64,000 nucleotides of DNA, taken from assembly GCA_002269645.1 (NCBI GenBank), contig NIVC01003059.1, forward strand, positions 8,500 to 72,499, given 5' to 3'. The position numbers and the translations under genes were made by a program. The notes beneath the pieces are model-generated. The model was not told the origin of the DNA. It ran no database searches and saw nothing but the letters and a program-made list of their open reading frames with translations. Shown in pieces: positions 33,363-48,185 of this stretch (its first letter is position 1; each line of letters starts with the position of its first letter). The DNA comes from Macrostomum lignano. Taxonomy: Eukaryota.

Positions 33363-33938
33363 TTTTTGCCTCTTTAACTGCATGCCGCGCGCTCATCAAC
33401 TAACTCCAGCTGCTGCATGCATTAATACTTAGGCCCAGGCCCACTAATCCGCCCGCGCCCGCCAACTGGATTGGATGCTGCTTGAATTTTTACCATACGG
33501 GCATACGGCATAGGTGTCTGCTGATTCCTTCCTTTCGAGTTCCACTCCACTCTATCAAGTCAAGGGATTCGATTCGCGTTTCATATTTTGTATGCGCACT
33601 TTGCATTTGCACGCGGTAACGCTAATGCACTTATGCACTGTGTATTAATAGTTTTACGAGTATCTCCATTTCTCACATGGGAATTTTACTTGATTTATAG
33701 CCATCAATCAATCAACTAGGAGGCGCGTTTGTGTGCACACTTTCTAAACATGTCGGCTAAAAGAAAGAAAGAAACTTTTTCGCGCAGCTCTTTTCAAGCT
33801 CTAGTGCAAAATAATGCTGCACTAGTCGGCAAAACTTACTTGGAGTAGATAAAGTTCAACAAAATAATTTGCCCTAGGGCTCGAGGCTCAAACGGAGAGC
33901 TGTGCACTCAGTGAGAGCCGGTTCCAGCTCGTCTCTTT

Positions 33939-34049
33939 GCCGTATCGACGGTCTCTTACTGCGAAGACTCTTAATTTTGCATGGTAAGACACCGCGTGGA
34001 TCCAATTGAGCGATCTACTCAATTTTTGACAAGCCGCGCTACCGCGGCT
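33939..34049 (+). ncRNA. SL RNA copy 14
   Basis: As copy 4. Confidence 0.9.
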
Positions 34050-34890
34050 GCCTAACAAAGCTAAAGACAACATCAATTAATTATAGTTGGTTGATTGTAA
34101 TTCTGGATTTAGCGTGTCCTACTAATTATTTTAAACTAAATATTCTATTTACCCGCAAGTTGTAAATTAGTTGTTGCACCATTATAGCATAGCATGATAT
34201 AGCGCGCATATGCATCGCGGTGTACAGAGGCTATACTAGGCTATACTAGATCTCTTCGAGTTGCAATAATCAAATGTAATTTCTTAGATCGCTCTATGCG
34301 TGCGGATGTGCATATGTACATGTACAACTTTGTTGATGGCGCCAACAATGAATTATACTCAGCAACATTGAAAAGTCGCCATCACAGAAGATTCCGTCTG
34401 TGGTCGCCACTTTTGAGAGAGTGCAGGTAAAGTCTCTCTCAATATTTGCGAGCGACGCAACTCAGCTACGCCACGGCAGACTTGAGTTGAGGAATGGAGT
34501 GGGGGAGCGGTGTGCGAGGTTTGGACGGATCAAAGCTACCCCGATCAGTTTTTCTGGCATCTTTTATTTCAGAATAGTCCAAGACAAATTGATCACTGGC
34601 GCATAGAGTGGCGACTTTTCAATGTTGCTGAGTATACAGAGTCAAGCTGGACTGTACGCGTTACTGTTTGCGTTGAGCTAGTTAGGTTGACTTTGACTTG
34701 ACTGCAAATCACCACTATAGTTCACTATATACTACGAGCGCGGTAAATCCGTCCGCATTACTAATTATATATTACAATAATTAGAGTATAGACGAGAGGC
34801 GGCCCACACAATTGATCCGTACCGTATGGTCCGTATATACATGTAGCTGCAGGTTCAGGTTAATTATGAGCTCAGCTCCTATCAGCCAGT

Positions 34891-35009
34891 GGCAACGGCC
34901 ATACCACGTTGAAAACACCGGTTCTCGTCTGATCACCGAAGTTAAGCAACGTTGGGTTTGGTTAGTACTTGGATGGGTGACCGCCTGGGAATACCAAATG
35001 CTGTTGTCT
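34891..35009 (+). rRNA. 5S rRNA: 5S rRNA copy 15
   Basis: As copy 12. Confidence 0.97.
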
Positions 35010-35585
35010 TTTTTGCCTCTTTAACTGCATGCCGCGCGCTCATCAACTAACTCCAGCTGCTGCATGCATTAATACTTAGGCCCAGGCCCACTAATCCGCC
35101 CGCGCCCGCCAACTGGATTGGATGCTGCTTGAATTTTTACCATACGGGCATACGGCATAGGTGTCTGCTGATTCCTTCCTTTCGAGTTCCACTCCACTCT
35201 ATCAAGTCAAGGGATTCGATTCGCGTTTCATATTTTGTATGCGCACTTTGCATTTGCACGCGGTAACGCTAATGCACTTATGCACTGTGTATTAATAGTT
35301 TTACGAGTATCTCCATTTCTCACATGGGAATTTTACTTGATTTATAGCCATCAATCAATCAACTAGGAGGCGCGTTTGTGTGCACACTTTCTAAACATGT
35401 CGGCTAAAAGAAAGAAAGAAACTTTTTCGCGCAGCTCTTTTCAAGCTCTAGTGCAAAATAATGCTGCACTAGTCGGCAAAACTTACTTGGAGTAGATAAA
35501 GTTCAACAAAATAATTTGCCCTAGGGCTCGAGGCTCAAACGGAGAGCTGTGCACTCAGTGAGAGCCGGTTCCAGCTCGTCTCTTT

Positions 35586-35696
35586 GCCGTATCGACGGTC
35601 TCTTACTGCGAAGACTCTTAATTTTGCATGGTAAGACACCGCGTGGATCCAATTGAGCGATCTACTCAATTTTTGACAAGCCGCGCTACCGCGGCT
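35586..35696 (+). ncRNA. SL RNA copy 15
   Basis: As copy 4. Confidence 0.9.
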
Positions 35697-36537
35697 GCCT
35701 AACAAAGCTAAAGACAACATCAATTAATTATAGTTGGTTGATTGTAATTCTGGATTTAGCGTGTCCTACTAATTATTTTAAACTAAATATTCTATTTACC
35801 CGCAAGTTGTAAATTAGTTGTTGCACCATTATAGCATAGCATGATATAGCGCGCATATGCATCGCGGTGTACAGAGGCTATACTAGGCTATACTAGATCT
35901 CTTCGAGTTGCAATAATCAAATGTAATTTCTTAGATCGCTCTATGCGTGCGGATGTGCATATGTACATGTACAACTTTGTTGATGGCGCCAACAATGAAT
36001 TATACTCAGCAACATTGAAAAGTCGCCATCACAGAAGATTCCGTCTGTGGTCGCCACTTTTGAGAGAGTGCAGGTAAAGTCTCTCTCAATATTTGCGAGC
36101 GACGCAACTCAGCTACGCCACGGCAGACTTGAGTTGAGGAATGGAGTGGGGGAGCGGTGTGCGAGGTTTGGACGGATCAAAGCTACCCCGATCAGTTTTT
36201 CTGGCATCTTTTATTTCAGAATAGTCCAAGACAAATTGATCACTGGCGCATAGAGTGGCGACTTTTCAATGTTGCTGAGTATACAGAGTCAAGCTGGACT
36301 GTACGCGTTACTGTTTGCGTTGAGCTAGTTAGGTTGACTTTGACTTGACTGCAAATCACCACTATAGTTCACTATATACTACGAGCGCGGTAAATCCGTC
36401 CGCATTACTAATTATATATTACAATAATTAGAGTATAGACGAGAGGCGGCCCACACAATTGATCCGTACCGTATGGTCCGTATATACATGTAGCTGCAGG
36501 TTCAGGTTAATTATGAGCTCAGCTCCTATCAGCCAGT

Positions 36538-36656
36538 GGCAACGGCCATACCACGTTGAAAACACCGGTTCTCGTCTGATCACCGAAGTTAAGCAACGTT
36601 GGGTTTGGTTAGTACTTGGATGGGTGACCGCCTGGGAATACCAAATGCTGTTGTCT
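36538..36656 (+). rRNA. 5S rRNA: 5S rRNA copy 16
   Basis: As copy 12. Confidence 0.97.
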
Positions 36657-37232
36657 TTTTTGCCTCTTTAACTGCATGCCGCGCGCTCATCAACTAACTC
36701 CAGCTGCTGCATGCATTAATACTTAGGCCCAGGCCCACTAATCCGCCCGCGCCCGCCAACTGGATTGGATGCTGCTTGAATTTTTACCATACGGGCATAC
36801 GGCATAGGTGTCTGCTGATTCCTTCCTTTCGAGTTCCACTCCACTCTATCAAGTCAAGGGATTCGATTCGCGTTTCATATTTTGTATGCGCACTTTGCAT
36901 TTGCACGCGGTAACGCTAATGCACTTATGCACTGTGTATTAATAGTTTTACGAGTATCTCCATTTCTCACATGGGAATTTTACTTGATTTATAGCCATCA
37001 ATCAATCAACTAGGAGGCGCGTTTGTGTGCACACTTTCTAAACATGTCGGCTAAAAGAAAGAAAGAAACTTTTTCGCGCAGCTCTTTTCAAGCTCTAGTG
37101 CAAAATAATGCTGCACTAGTCGGCAAAACTTACTTGGAGTAGATAAAGTTCAACAAAATAATTTGCCCTAGGGCTCGAGGCTCAAACGGAGAGCTGTGCA
37201 CTCAGTGAGAGCCGGTTCCAGCTCGTCTCTTT

Positions 37233-37343
37233 GCCGTATCGACGGTCTCTTACTGCGAAGACTCTTAATTTTGCATGGTAAGACACCGCGTGGATCCAAT
37301 TGAGCGATCTACTCAATTTTTGACAAGCCGCGCTACCGCGGCT
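37233..37343 (+). ncRNA. SL RNA copy 16
   Basis: As copy 4. Confidence 0.9.
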
Positions 37344-38184
37344 GCCTAACAAAGCTAAAGACAACATCAATTAATTATAGTTGGTTGATTGTAATTCTGG
37401 ATTTAGCGTGTCCTACTAATTATTTTAAACTAAATATTCTATTTACCCGCAAGTTGTAAATTAGTTGTTGCACCATTATAGCATAGCATGATATAGCGCG
37501 CATATGCATCGCGGTGTACAGAGGCTATACTAGGCTATACTAGATCTCTTCGAGTTGCAATAATCAAATGTAATTTCTTAGATCGCTCTATGCGTGCGGA
37601 TGTGCATATGTACATGTACAACTTTGTTGATGGCGCCAACAATGAATTATACTCAGCAACATTGAAAAGTCGCCATCACAGAAGATTCCGTCTGTGGTCG
37701 CCACTTTTGAGAGAGTGCAGGTAAAGTCTCTCTCAATATTTGCGAGCGACGCAACTCAGCTACGCCACGGCAGACTTGAGTTGAGGAATGGAGTGGGGGA
37801 GCGGTGTGCGAGGTTTGGACGGATCAAAGCTACCCCGATCAGTTTTTCTGGCATCTTTTATTTCAGAATAGTCCAAGACAAATTGATCACTGGCGCATAG
37901 AGTGGCGACTTTTCAATGTTGCTGAGTATACAGAGTCAAGCTGGACTGTACGCGTTACTGTTTGCGTTGAGCTAGTTAGGTTGACTTTGACTTGACTGCA
38001 AATCACCACTATAGTTCACTATATACTACGAGCGCGGTAAATCCGTCCGCATTACTAATTATATATTACAATAATTAGAGTATAGACGAGAGGCGGCCCA
38101 CACAATTGATCCGTACCGTATGGTCCGTATATACATGTAGCTGCAGGTTCAGGTTAATTATGAGCTCAGCTCCTATCAGCCAGT

Positions 38185-38303
38185 GGCAACGGCCATACCA
38201 CGTTGAAAACACCGGTTCTCGTCTGATCACCGAAGTTAAGCAACGTTGGGTTTGGTTAGTACTTGGATGGGTGACCGCCTGGGAATACCAAATGCTGTTG
38301 TCT
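38185..38303 (+). rRNA. 5S rRNA: 5S rRNA copy 17
   Basis: As copy 12. Confidence 0.97.
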
Positions 38304-38879
38304 TTTTTGCCTCTTTAACTGCATGCCGCGCGCTCATCAACTAACTCCAGCTGCTGCATGCATTAATACTTAGGCCCAGGCCCACTAATCCGCCCGCGCC
38401 CGCCAACTGGATTGGATGCTGCTTGAATTTTTACCATACGGGCATACGGCATAGGTGTCTGCTGATTCCTTCCTTTCGAGTTCCACTCCACTCTATCAAG
38501 TCAAGGGATTCGATTCGCGTTTCATATTTTGTATGCGCACTTTGCATTTGCACGCGGTAACGCTAATGCACTTATGCACTGTGTATTAATAGTTTTACGA
38601 GTATCTCCATTTCTCACATGGGAATTTTACTTGATTTATAGCCATCAATCAATCAACTAGGAGGCGCGTTTGTGTGCACACTTTCTAAACATGTCGGCTA
38701 AAAGAAAGAAAGAAACTTTTTCGCGCAGCTCTTTTCAAGCTCTAGTGCAAAATAATGCTGCACTAGTCGGCAAAACTTACTTGGAGTAGATAAAGTTCAA
38801 CAAAATAATTTGCCCTAGGGCTCGAGGCTCAAACGGAGAGCTGTGCACTCAGTGAGAGCCGGTTCCAGCTCGTCTCTTT

Positions 38880-38990
38880 GCCGTATCGACGGTCTCTTAC
38901 TGCGAAGACTCTTAATTTTGCATGGTAAGACACCGCGTGGATCCAATTGAGCGATCTACTCAATTTTTGACAAGCCGCGCTACCGCGGCT
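38880..38990 (+). ncRNA. SL RNA copy 17
   Basis: As copy 4. Confidence 0.9.
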
Positions 38991-39831
38991 GCCTAACAAA
39001 GCTAAAGACAACATCAATTAATTATAGTTGGTTGATTGTAATTCTGGATTTAGCGTGTCCTACTAATTATTTTAAACTAAATATTCTATTTACCCGCAAG
39101 TTGTAAATTAGTTGTTGCACCATTATAGCATAGCATGATATAGCGCGCATATGCATCGCGGTGTACAGAGGCTATACTAGGCTATACTAGATCTCTTCGA
39201 GTTGCAATAATCAAATGTAATTTCTTAGATCGCTCTATGCGTGCGGATGTGCATATGTACATGTACAACTTTGTTGATGGCGCCAACAATGAATTATACT
39301 CAGCAACATTGAAAAGTCGCCATCACAGAAGATTCCGTCTGTGGTCGCCACTTTTGAGAGAGTGCAGGTAAAGTCTCTCTCAATATTTGCGAGCGACGCA
39401 ACTCAGCTACGCCACGGCAGACTTGAGTTGAGGAATGGAGTGGGGGAGCGGTGTGCGAGGTTTGGACGGATCAAAGCTACCCCGATCAGTTTTTCTGGCA
39501 TCTTTTATTTCAGAATAGTCCAAGACAAATTGATCACTGGCGCATAGAGTGGCGACTTTTCAATGTTGCTGAGTATACAGAGTCAAGCTGGACTGTACGC
39601 GTTACTGTTTGCGTTGAGCTAGTTAGGTTGACTTTGACTTGACTGCAAATCACCACTATAGTTCACTATATACTACGAGCGCGGTAAATCCGTCCGCATT
39701 ACTAATTATATATTACAATAATTAGAGTATAGACGAGAGGCGGCCCACACAATTGATCCGTACCGTATGGTCCGTATATACATGTAGCTGCAGGTTCAGG
39801 TTAATTATGAGCTCAGCTCCTATCAGCCAGT

Positions 39832-39950
39832 GGCAACGGCCATACCACGTTGAAAACACCGGTTCTCGTCTGATCACCGAAGTTAAGCAACGTTGGGTTT
39901 GGTTAGTACTTGGATGGGTGACCGCCTGGGAATACCAAATGCTGTTGTCT
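39832..39950 (+). rRNA. 5S rRNA: 5S rRNA copy 18
   Basis: As copy 12. Confidence 0.97.
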
Positions 39951-40526
39951 TTTTTGCCTCTTTAACTGCATGCCGCGCGCTCATCAACTAACTCCAGCTG
40001 CTGCATGCATTAATACTTAGGCCCAGGCCCACTAATCCGCCCGCGCCCGCCAACTGGATTGGATGCTGCTTGAATTTTTACCATACGGGCATACGGCATA
40101 GGTGTCTGCTGATTCCTTCCTTTCGAGTTCCACTCCACTCTATCAAGTCAAGGGATTCGATTCGCGTTTCATATTTTGTATGCGCACTTTGCATTTGCAC
40201 GCGGTAACGCTAATGCACTTATGCACTGTGTATTAATAGTTTTACGAGTATCTCCATTTCTCACATGGGAATTTTACTTGATTTATAGCCATCAATCAAT
40301 CAACTAGGAGGCGCGTTTGTGTGCACACTTTCTAAACATGTCGGCTAAAAGAAAGAAAGAAACTTTTTCGCGCAGCTCTTTTCAAGCTCTAGTGCAAAAT
40401 AATGCTGCACTAGTCGGCAAAACTTACTTGGAGTAGATAAAGTTCAACAAAATAATTTGCCCTAGGGCTCGAGGCTCAAACGGAGAGCTGTGCACTCAGT
40501 GAGAGCCGGTTCCAGCTCGTCTCTTT

Positions 40527-40637
40527 GCCGTATCGACGGTCTCTTACTGCGAAGACTCTTAATTTTGCATGGTAAGACACCGCGTGGATCCAATTGAGCG
40601 ATCTACTCAATTTTTGACAAGCCGCGCTACCGCGGCT
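40527..40637 (+). ncRNA. SL RNA copy 18
   Basis: As copy 4. Confidence 0.9.
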
Positions 40638-41478
40638 GCCTAACAAAGCTAAAGACAACATCAATTAATTATAGTTGGTTGATTGTAATTCTGGATTTAG
40701 CGTGTCCTACTAATTATTTTAAACTAAATATTCTATTTACCCGCAAGTTGTAAATTAGTTGTTGCACCATTATAGCATAGCATGATATAGCGCGCATATG
40801 CATCGCGGTGTACAGAGGCTATACTAGGCTATACTAGATCTCTTCGAGTTGCAATAATCAAATGTAATTTCTTAGATCGCTCTATGCGTGCGGATGTGCA
40901 TATGTACATGTACAACTTTGTTGATGGCGCCAACAATGAATTATACTCAGCAACATTGAAAAGTCGCCATCACAGAAGATTCCGTCTGTGGTCGCCACTT
41001 TTGAGAGAGTGCAGGTAAAGTCTCTCTCAATATTTGCGAGCGACGCAACTCAGCTACGCCACGGCAGACTTGAGTTGAGGAATGGAGTGGGGGAGCGGTG
41101 TGCGAGGTTTGGACGGATCAAAGCTACCCCGATCAGTTTTTCTGGCATCTTTTATTTCAGAATAGTCCAAGACAAATTGATCACTGGCGCATAGAGTGGC
41201 GACTTTTCAATGTTGCTGAGTATACAGAGTCAAGCTGGACTGTACGCGTTACTGTTTGCGTTGAGCTAGTTAGGTTGACTTTGACTTGACTGCAAATCAC
41301 CACTATAGTTCACTATATACTACGAGCGCGGTAAATCCGTCCGCATTACTAATTATATATTACAATAATTAGAGTATAGACGAGAGGCGGCCCACACAAT
41401 TGATCCGTACCGTATGGTCCGTATATACATGTAGCTGCAGGTTCAGGTTAATTATGAGCTCAGCTCCTATCAGCCAGT

Positions 41479-41597
41479 GGCAACGGCCATACCACGTTGA
41501 AAACACCGGTTCTCGTCTGATCACCGAAGTTAAGCAACGTTGGGTTTGGTTAGTACTTGGATGGGTGACCGCCTGGGAATACCAAATGCTGTTGTCT
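41479..41597 (+). rRNA. 5S rRNA: 5S rRNA copy 19
   Basis: As copy 12. Confidence 0.97.
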
Positions 41598-42173
41598 TTT
41601 TTGCCTCTTTAACTGCATGCCGCGCGCTCATCAACTAACTCCAGCTGCTGCATGCATTAATACTTAGGCCCAGGCCCACTAATCCGCCCGCGCCCGCCAA
41701 CTGGATTGGATGCTGCTTGAATTTTTACCATACGGGCATACGGCATAGGTGTCTGCTGATTCCTTCCTTTCGAGTTCCACTCCACTCTATCAAGTCAAGG
41801 GATTCGATTCGCGTTTCATATTTTGTATGCGCACTTTGCATTTGCACGCGGTAACGCTAATGCACTTATGCACTGTGTATTAATAGTTTTACGAGTATCT
41901 CCATTTCTCACATGGGAATTTTACTTGATTTATAGCCATCAATCAATCAACTAGGAGGCGCGTTTGTGTGCACACTTTCTAAACATGTCGGCTAAAAGAA
42001 AGAAAGAAACTTTTTCGCGCAGCTCTTTTCAAGCTCTAGTGCAAAATAATGCTGCACTAGTCGGCAAAACTTACTTGGAGTAGATAAAGTTCAACAAAAT
42101 AATTTGCCCTAGGGCTCGAGGCTCAAACGGAGAGCTGTGCACTCAGTGAGAGCCGGTTCCAGCTCGTCTCTTT

Positions 42174-42284
42174 GCCGTATCGACGGTCTCTTACTGCGAA
42201 GACTCTTAATTTTGCATGGTAAGACACCGCGTGGATCCAATTGAGCGATCTACTCAATTTTTGACAAGCCGCGCTACCGCGGCT
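42174..42284 (+). ncRNA. SL RNA copy 19
   Basis: As copy 4. Confidence 0.9.
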
Positions 42285-43125
42285 GCCTAACAAAGCTAAA
42301 GACAACATCAATTAATTATAGTTGGTTGATTGTAATTCTGGATTTAGCGTGTCCTACTAATTATTTTAAACTAAATATTCTATTTACCCGCAAGTTGTAA
42401 ATTAGTTGTTGCACCATTATAGCATAGCATGATATAGCGCGCATATGCATCGCGGTGTACAGAGGCTATACTAGGCTATACTAGATCTCTTCGAGTTGCA
42501 ATAATCAAATGTAATTTCTTAGATCGCTCTATGCGTGCGGATGTGCATATGTACATGTACAACTTTGTTGATGGCGCCAACAATGAATTATACTCAGCAA
42601 CATTGAAAAGTCGCCATCACAGAAGATTCCGTCTGTGGTCGCCACTTTTGAGAGAGTGCAGGTAAAGTCTCTCTCAATATTTGCGAGCGACGCAACTCAG
42701 CTACGCCACGGCAGACTTGAGTTGAGGAATGGAGTGGGGGAGCGGTGTGCGAGGTTTGGACGGATCAAAGCTACCCCGATCAGTTTTTCTGGCATCTTTT
42801 ATTTCAGAATAGTCCAAGACAAATTGATCACTGGCGCATAGAGTGGCGACTTTTCAATGTTGCTGAGTATACAGAGTCAAGCTGGACTGTACGCGTTACT
42901 GTTTGCGTTGAGCTAGTTAGGTTGACTTTGACTTGACTGCAAATCACCACTATAGTTCACTATATACTACGAGCGCGGTAAATCCGTCCGCATTACTAAT
43001 TATATATTACAATAATTAGAGTATAGACGAGAGGCGGCCCACACAATTGATCCGTACCGTATGGTCCGTATATACATGTAGCTGCAGGTTCAGGTTAATT
43101 ATGAGCTCAGCTCCTATCAGCCAGT

Positions 43126-43244
43126 GGCAACGGCCATACCACGTTGAAAACACCGGTTCTCGTCTGATCACCGAAGTTAAGCAACGTTGGGTTTGGTTAG
43201 TACTTGGATGGGTGACCGCCTGGGAATACCAAATGCTGTTGTCT
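43126..43244 (+). rRNA. 5S rRNA: 5S rRNA copy 20
   Basis: As copy 12. Confidence 0.97.
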
Positions 43245-43820
43245 TTTTTGCCTCTTTAACTGCATGCCGCGCGCTCATCAACTAACTCCAGCTGCTGCAT
43301 GCATTAATACTTAGGCCCAGGCCCACTAATCCGCCCGCGCCCGCCAACTGGATTGGATGCTGCTTGAATTTTTACCATACGGGCATACGGCATAGGTGTC
43401 TGCTGATTCCTTCCTTTCGAGTTCCACTCCACTCTATCAAGTCAAGGGATTCGATTCGCGTTTCATATTTTGTATGCGCACTTTGCATTTGCACGCGGTA
43501 ACGCTAATGCACTTATGCACTGTGTATTAATAGTTTTACGAGTATCTCCATTTCTCACATGGGAATTTTACTTGATTTATAGCCATCAATCAATCAACTA
43601 GGAGGCGCGTTTGTGTGCACACTTTCTAAACATGTCGGCTAAAAGAAAGAAAGAAACTTTTTCGCGCAGCTCTTTTCAAGCTCTAGTGCAAAATAATGCT
43701 GCACTAGTCGGCAAAACTTACTTGGAGTAGATAAAGTTCAACAAAATAATTTGCCCTAGGGCTCGAGGCTCAAACGGAGAGCTGTGCACTCAGTGAGAGC
43801 CGGTTCCAGCTCGTCTCTTT

Positions 43821-43931
43821 GCCGTATCGACGGTCTCTTACTGCGAAGACTCTTAATTTTGCATGGTAAGACACCGCGTGGATCCAATTGAGCGATCTAC
43901 TCAATTTTTGACAAGCCGCGCTACCGCGGCT
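43821..43931 (+). ncRNA. SL RNA copy 20
   Basis: As copy 4. Confidence 0.9.
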
Positions 43932-44772
43932 GCCTAACAAAGCTAAAGACAACATCAATTAATTATAGTTGGTTGATTGTAATTCTGGATTTAGCGTGTC
44001 CTACTAATTATTTTAAACTAAATATTCTATTTACCCGCAAGTTGTAAATTAGTTGTTGCACCATTATAGCATAGCATGATATAGCGCGCATATGCATCGC
44101 GGTGTACAGAGGCTATACTAGGCTATACTAGATCTCTTCGAGTTGCAATAATCAAATGTAATTTCTTAGATCGCTCTATGCGTGCGGATGTGCATATGTA
44201 CATGTACAACTTTGTTGATGGCGCCAACAATGAATTATACTCAGCAACATTGAAAAGTCGCCATCACAGAAGATTCCGTCTGTGGTCGCCACTTTTGAGA
44301 GAGTGCAGGTAAAGTCTCTCTCAATATTTGCGAGCGACGCAACTCAGCTACGCCACGGCAGACTTGAGTTGAGGAATGGAGTGGGGGAGCGGTGTGCGAG
44401 GTTTGGACGGATCAAAGCTACCCCGATCAGTTTTTCTGGCATCTTTTATTTCAGAATAGTCCAAGACAAATTGATCACTGGCGCATAGAGTGGCGACTTT
44501 TCAATGTTGCTGAGTATACAGAGTCAAGCTGGACTGTACGCGTTACTGTTTGCGTTGAGCTAGTTAGGTTGACTTTGACTTGACTGCAAATCACCACTAT
44601 AGTTCACTATATACTACGAGCGCGGTAAATCCGTCCGCATTACTAATTATATATTACAATAATTAGAGTATAGACGAGAGGCGGCCCACACAATTGATCC
44701 GTACCGTATGGTCCGTATATACATGTAGCTGCAGGTTCAGGTTAATTATGAGCTCAGCTCCTATCAGCCAGT

Positions 44773-44891
44773 GGCAACGGCCATACCACGTTGAAAACAC
44801 CGGTTCTCGTCTGATCACCGAAGTTAAGCAACGTTGGGTTTGGTTAGTACTTGGATGGGTGACCGCCTGGGAATACCAAATGCTGTTGTCT
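44773..44891 (+). rRNA. 5S rRNA: 5S rRNA copy 21
   Basis: As copy 12. Confidence 0.97.
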
Positions 44892-45467
44892 TTTTTGCCT
44901 CTTTAACTGCATGCCGCGCGCTCATCAACTAACTCCAGCTGCTGCATGCATTAATACTTAGGCCCAGGCCCACTAATCCGCCCGCGCCCGCCAACTGGAT
45001 TGGATGCTGCTTGAATTTTTACCATACGGGCATACGGCATAGGTGTCTGCTGATTCCTTCCTTTCGAGTTCCACTCCACTCTATCAAGTCAAGGGATTCG
45101 ATTCGCGTTTCATATTTTGTATGCGCACTTTGCATTTGCACGCGGTAACGCTAATGCACTTATGCACTGTGTATTAATAGTTTTACGAGTATCTCCATTT
45201 CTCACATGGGAATTTTACTTGATTTATAGCCATCAATCAATCAACTAGGAGGCGCGTTTGTGTGCACACTTTCTAAACATGTCGGCTAAAAGAAAGAAAG
45301 AAACTTTTTCGCGCAGCTCTTTTCAAGCTCTAGTGCAAAATAATGCTGCACTAGTCGGCAAAACTTACTTGGAGTAGATAAAGTTCAACAAAATAATTTG
45401 CCCTAGGGCTCGAGGCTCAAACGGAGAGCTGTGCACTCAGTGAGAGCCGGTTCCAGCTCGTCTCTTT

Positions 45468-45578
45468 GCCGTATCGACGGTCTCTTACTGCGAAGACTCT
45501 TAATTTTGCATGGTAAGACACCGCGTGGATCCAATTGAGCGATCTACTCAATTTTTGACAAGCCGCGCTACCGCGGCT
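45468..45578 (+). ncRNA. SL RNA copy 21
   Basis: As copy 4. Confidence 0.9.
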
Positions 45579-46419
45579 GCCTAACAAAGCTAAAGACAAC
45601 ATCAATTAATTATAGTTGGTTGATTGTAATTCTGGATTTAGCGTGTCCTACTAATTATTTTAAACTAAATATTCTATTTACCCGCAAGTTGTAAATTAGT
45701 TGTTGCACCATTATAGCATAGCATGATATAGCGCGCATATGCATCGCGGTGTACAGAGGCTATACTAGGCTATACTAGATCTCTTCGAGTTGCAATAATC
45801 AAATGTAATTTCTTAGATCGCTCTATGCGTGCGGATGTGCATATGTACATGTACAACTTTGTTGATGGCGCCAACAATGAATTATACTCAGCAACATTGA
45901 AAAGTCGCCATCACAGAAGATTCCGTCTGTGGTCGCCACTTTTGAGAGAGTGCAGGTAAAGTCTCTCTCAATATTTGCGAGCGACGCAACTCAGCTACGC
46001 CACGGCAGACTTGAGTTGAGGAATGGAGTGGGGGAGCGGTGTGCGAGGTTTGGACGGATCAAAGCTACCCCGATCAGTTTTTCTGGCATCTTTTATTTCA
46101 GAATAGTCCAAGACAAATTGATCACTGGCGCATAGAGTGGCGACTTTTCAATGTTGCTGAGTATACAGAGTCAAGCTGGACTGTACGCGTTACTGTTTGC
46201 GTTGAGCTAGTTAGGTTGACTTTGACTTGACTGCAAATCACCACTATAGTTCACTATATACTACGAGCGCGGTAAATCCGTCCGCATTACTAATTATATA
46301 TTACAATAATTAGAGTATAGACGAGAGGCGGCCCACACAATTGATCCGTACCGTATGGTCCGTATATACATGTAGCTGCAGGTTCAGGTTAATTATGAGC
46401 TCAGCTCCTATCAGCCAGT

Positions 46420-46538
46420 GGCAACGGCCATACCACGTTGAAAACACCGGTTCTCGTCTGATCACCGAAGTTAAGCAACGTTGGGTTTGGTTAGTACTTG
46501 GATGGGTGACCGCCTGGGAATACCAAATGCTGTTGTCT
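46420..46538 (+). rRNA. 5S rRNA: 5S rRNA copy 22
   Basis: As copy 12. Confidence 0.97.
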
Positions 46539-47114
46539 TTTTTGCCTCTTTAACTGCATGCCGCGCGCTCATCAACTAACTCCAGCTGCTGCATGCATTA
46601 ATACTTAGGCCCAGGCCCACTAATCCGCCCGCGCCCGCCAACTGGATTGGATGCTGCTTGAATTTTTACCATACGGGCATACGGCATAGGTGTCTGCTGA
46701 TTCCTTCCTTTCGAGTTCCACTCCACTCTATCAAGTCAAGGGATTCGATTCGCGTTTCATATTTTGTATGCGCACTTTGCATTTGCACGCGGTAACGCTA
46801 ATGCACTTATGCACTGTGTATTAATAGTTTTACGAGTATCTCCATTTCTCACATGGGAATTTTACTTGATTTATAGCCATCAATCAATCAACTAGGAGGC
46901 GCGTTTGTGTGCACACTTTCTAAACATGTCGGCTAAAAGAAAGAAAGAAACTTTTTCGCGCAGCTCTTTTCAAGCTCTAGTGCAAAATAATGCTGCACTA
47001 GTCGGCAAAACTTACTTGGAGTAGATAAAGTTCAACAAAATAATTTGCCCTAGGGCTCGAGGCTCAAACGGAGAGCTGTGCACTCAGTGAGAGCCGGTTC
47101 CAGCTCGTCTCTTT

Positions 47115-47225
47115 GCCGTATCGACGGTCTCTTACTGCGAAGACTCTTAATTTTGCATGGTAAGACACCGCGTGGATCCAATTGAGCGATCTACTCAATT
47201 TTTGACAAGCCGCGCTACCGCGGCT
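47115..47225 (+). ncRNA. SL RNA copy 22
   Basis: As copy 4. Confidence 0.9.
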
Positions 47226-48066
47226 GCCTAACAAAGCTAAAGACAACATCAATTAATTATAGTTGGTTGATTGTAATTCTGGATTTAGCGTGTCCTACTA
47301 ATTATTTTAAACTAAATATTCTATTTACCCGCAAGTTGTAAATTAGTTGTTGCACCATTATAGCATAGCATGATATAGCGCGCATATGCATCGCGGTGTA
47401 CAGAGGCTATACTAGGCTATACTAGATCTCTTCGAGTTGCAATAATCAAATGTAATTTCTTAGATCGCTCTATGCGTGCGGATGTGCATATGTACATGTA
47501 CAACTTTGTTGATGGCGCCAACAATGAATTATACTCAGCAACATTGAAAAGTCGCCATCACAGAAGATTCCGTCTGTGGTCGCCACTTTTGAGAGAGTGC
47601 AGGTAAAGTCTCTCTCAATATTTGCGAGCGACGCAACTCAGCTACGCCACGGCAGACTTGAGTTGAGGAATGGAGTGGGGGAGCGGTGTGCGAGGTTTGG
47701 ACGGATCAAAGCTACCCCGATCAGTTTTTCTGGCATCTTTTATTTCAGAATAGTCCAAGACAAATTGATCACTGGCGCATAGAGTGGCGACTTTTCAATG
47801 TTGCTGAGTATACAGAGTCAAGCTGGACTGTACGCGTTACTGTTTGCGTTGAGCTAGTTAGGTTGACTTTGACTTGACTGCAAATCACCACTATAGTTCA
47901 CTATATACTACGAGCGCGGTAAATCCGTCCGCATTACTAATTATATATTACAATAATTAGAGTATAGACGAGAGGCGGCCCACACAATTGATCCGTACCG
48001 TATGGTCCGTATATACATGTAGCTGCAGGTTCAGGTTAATTATGAGCTCAGCTCCTATCAGCCAGT

Positions 48067-48185
48067 GGCAACGGCCATACCACGTTGAAAACACCGGTTC
48101 TCGTCTGATCACCGAAGTTAAGCAACGTTGGGTTTGGTTAGTACTTGGATGGGTGACCGCCTGGGAATACCAAATGCTGTTGTCT
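48067..48185 (+). rRNA. 5S rRNA: 5S rRNA copy 23
   Basis: As copy 12. Confidence 0.97.
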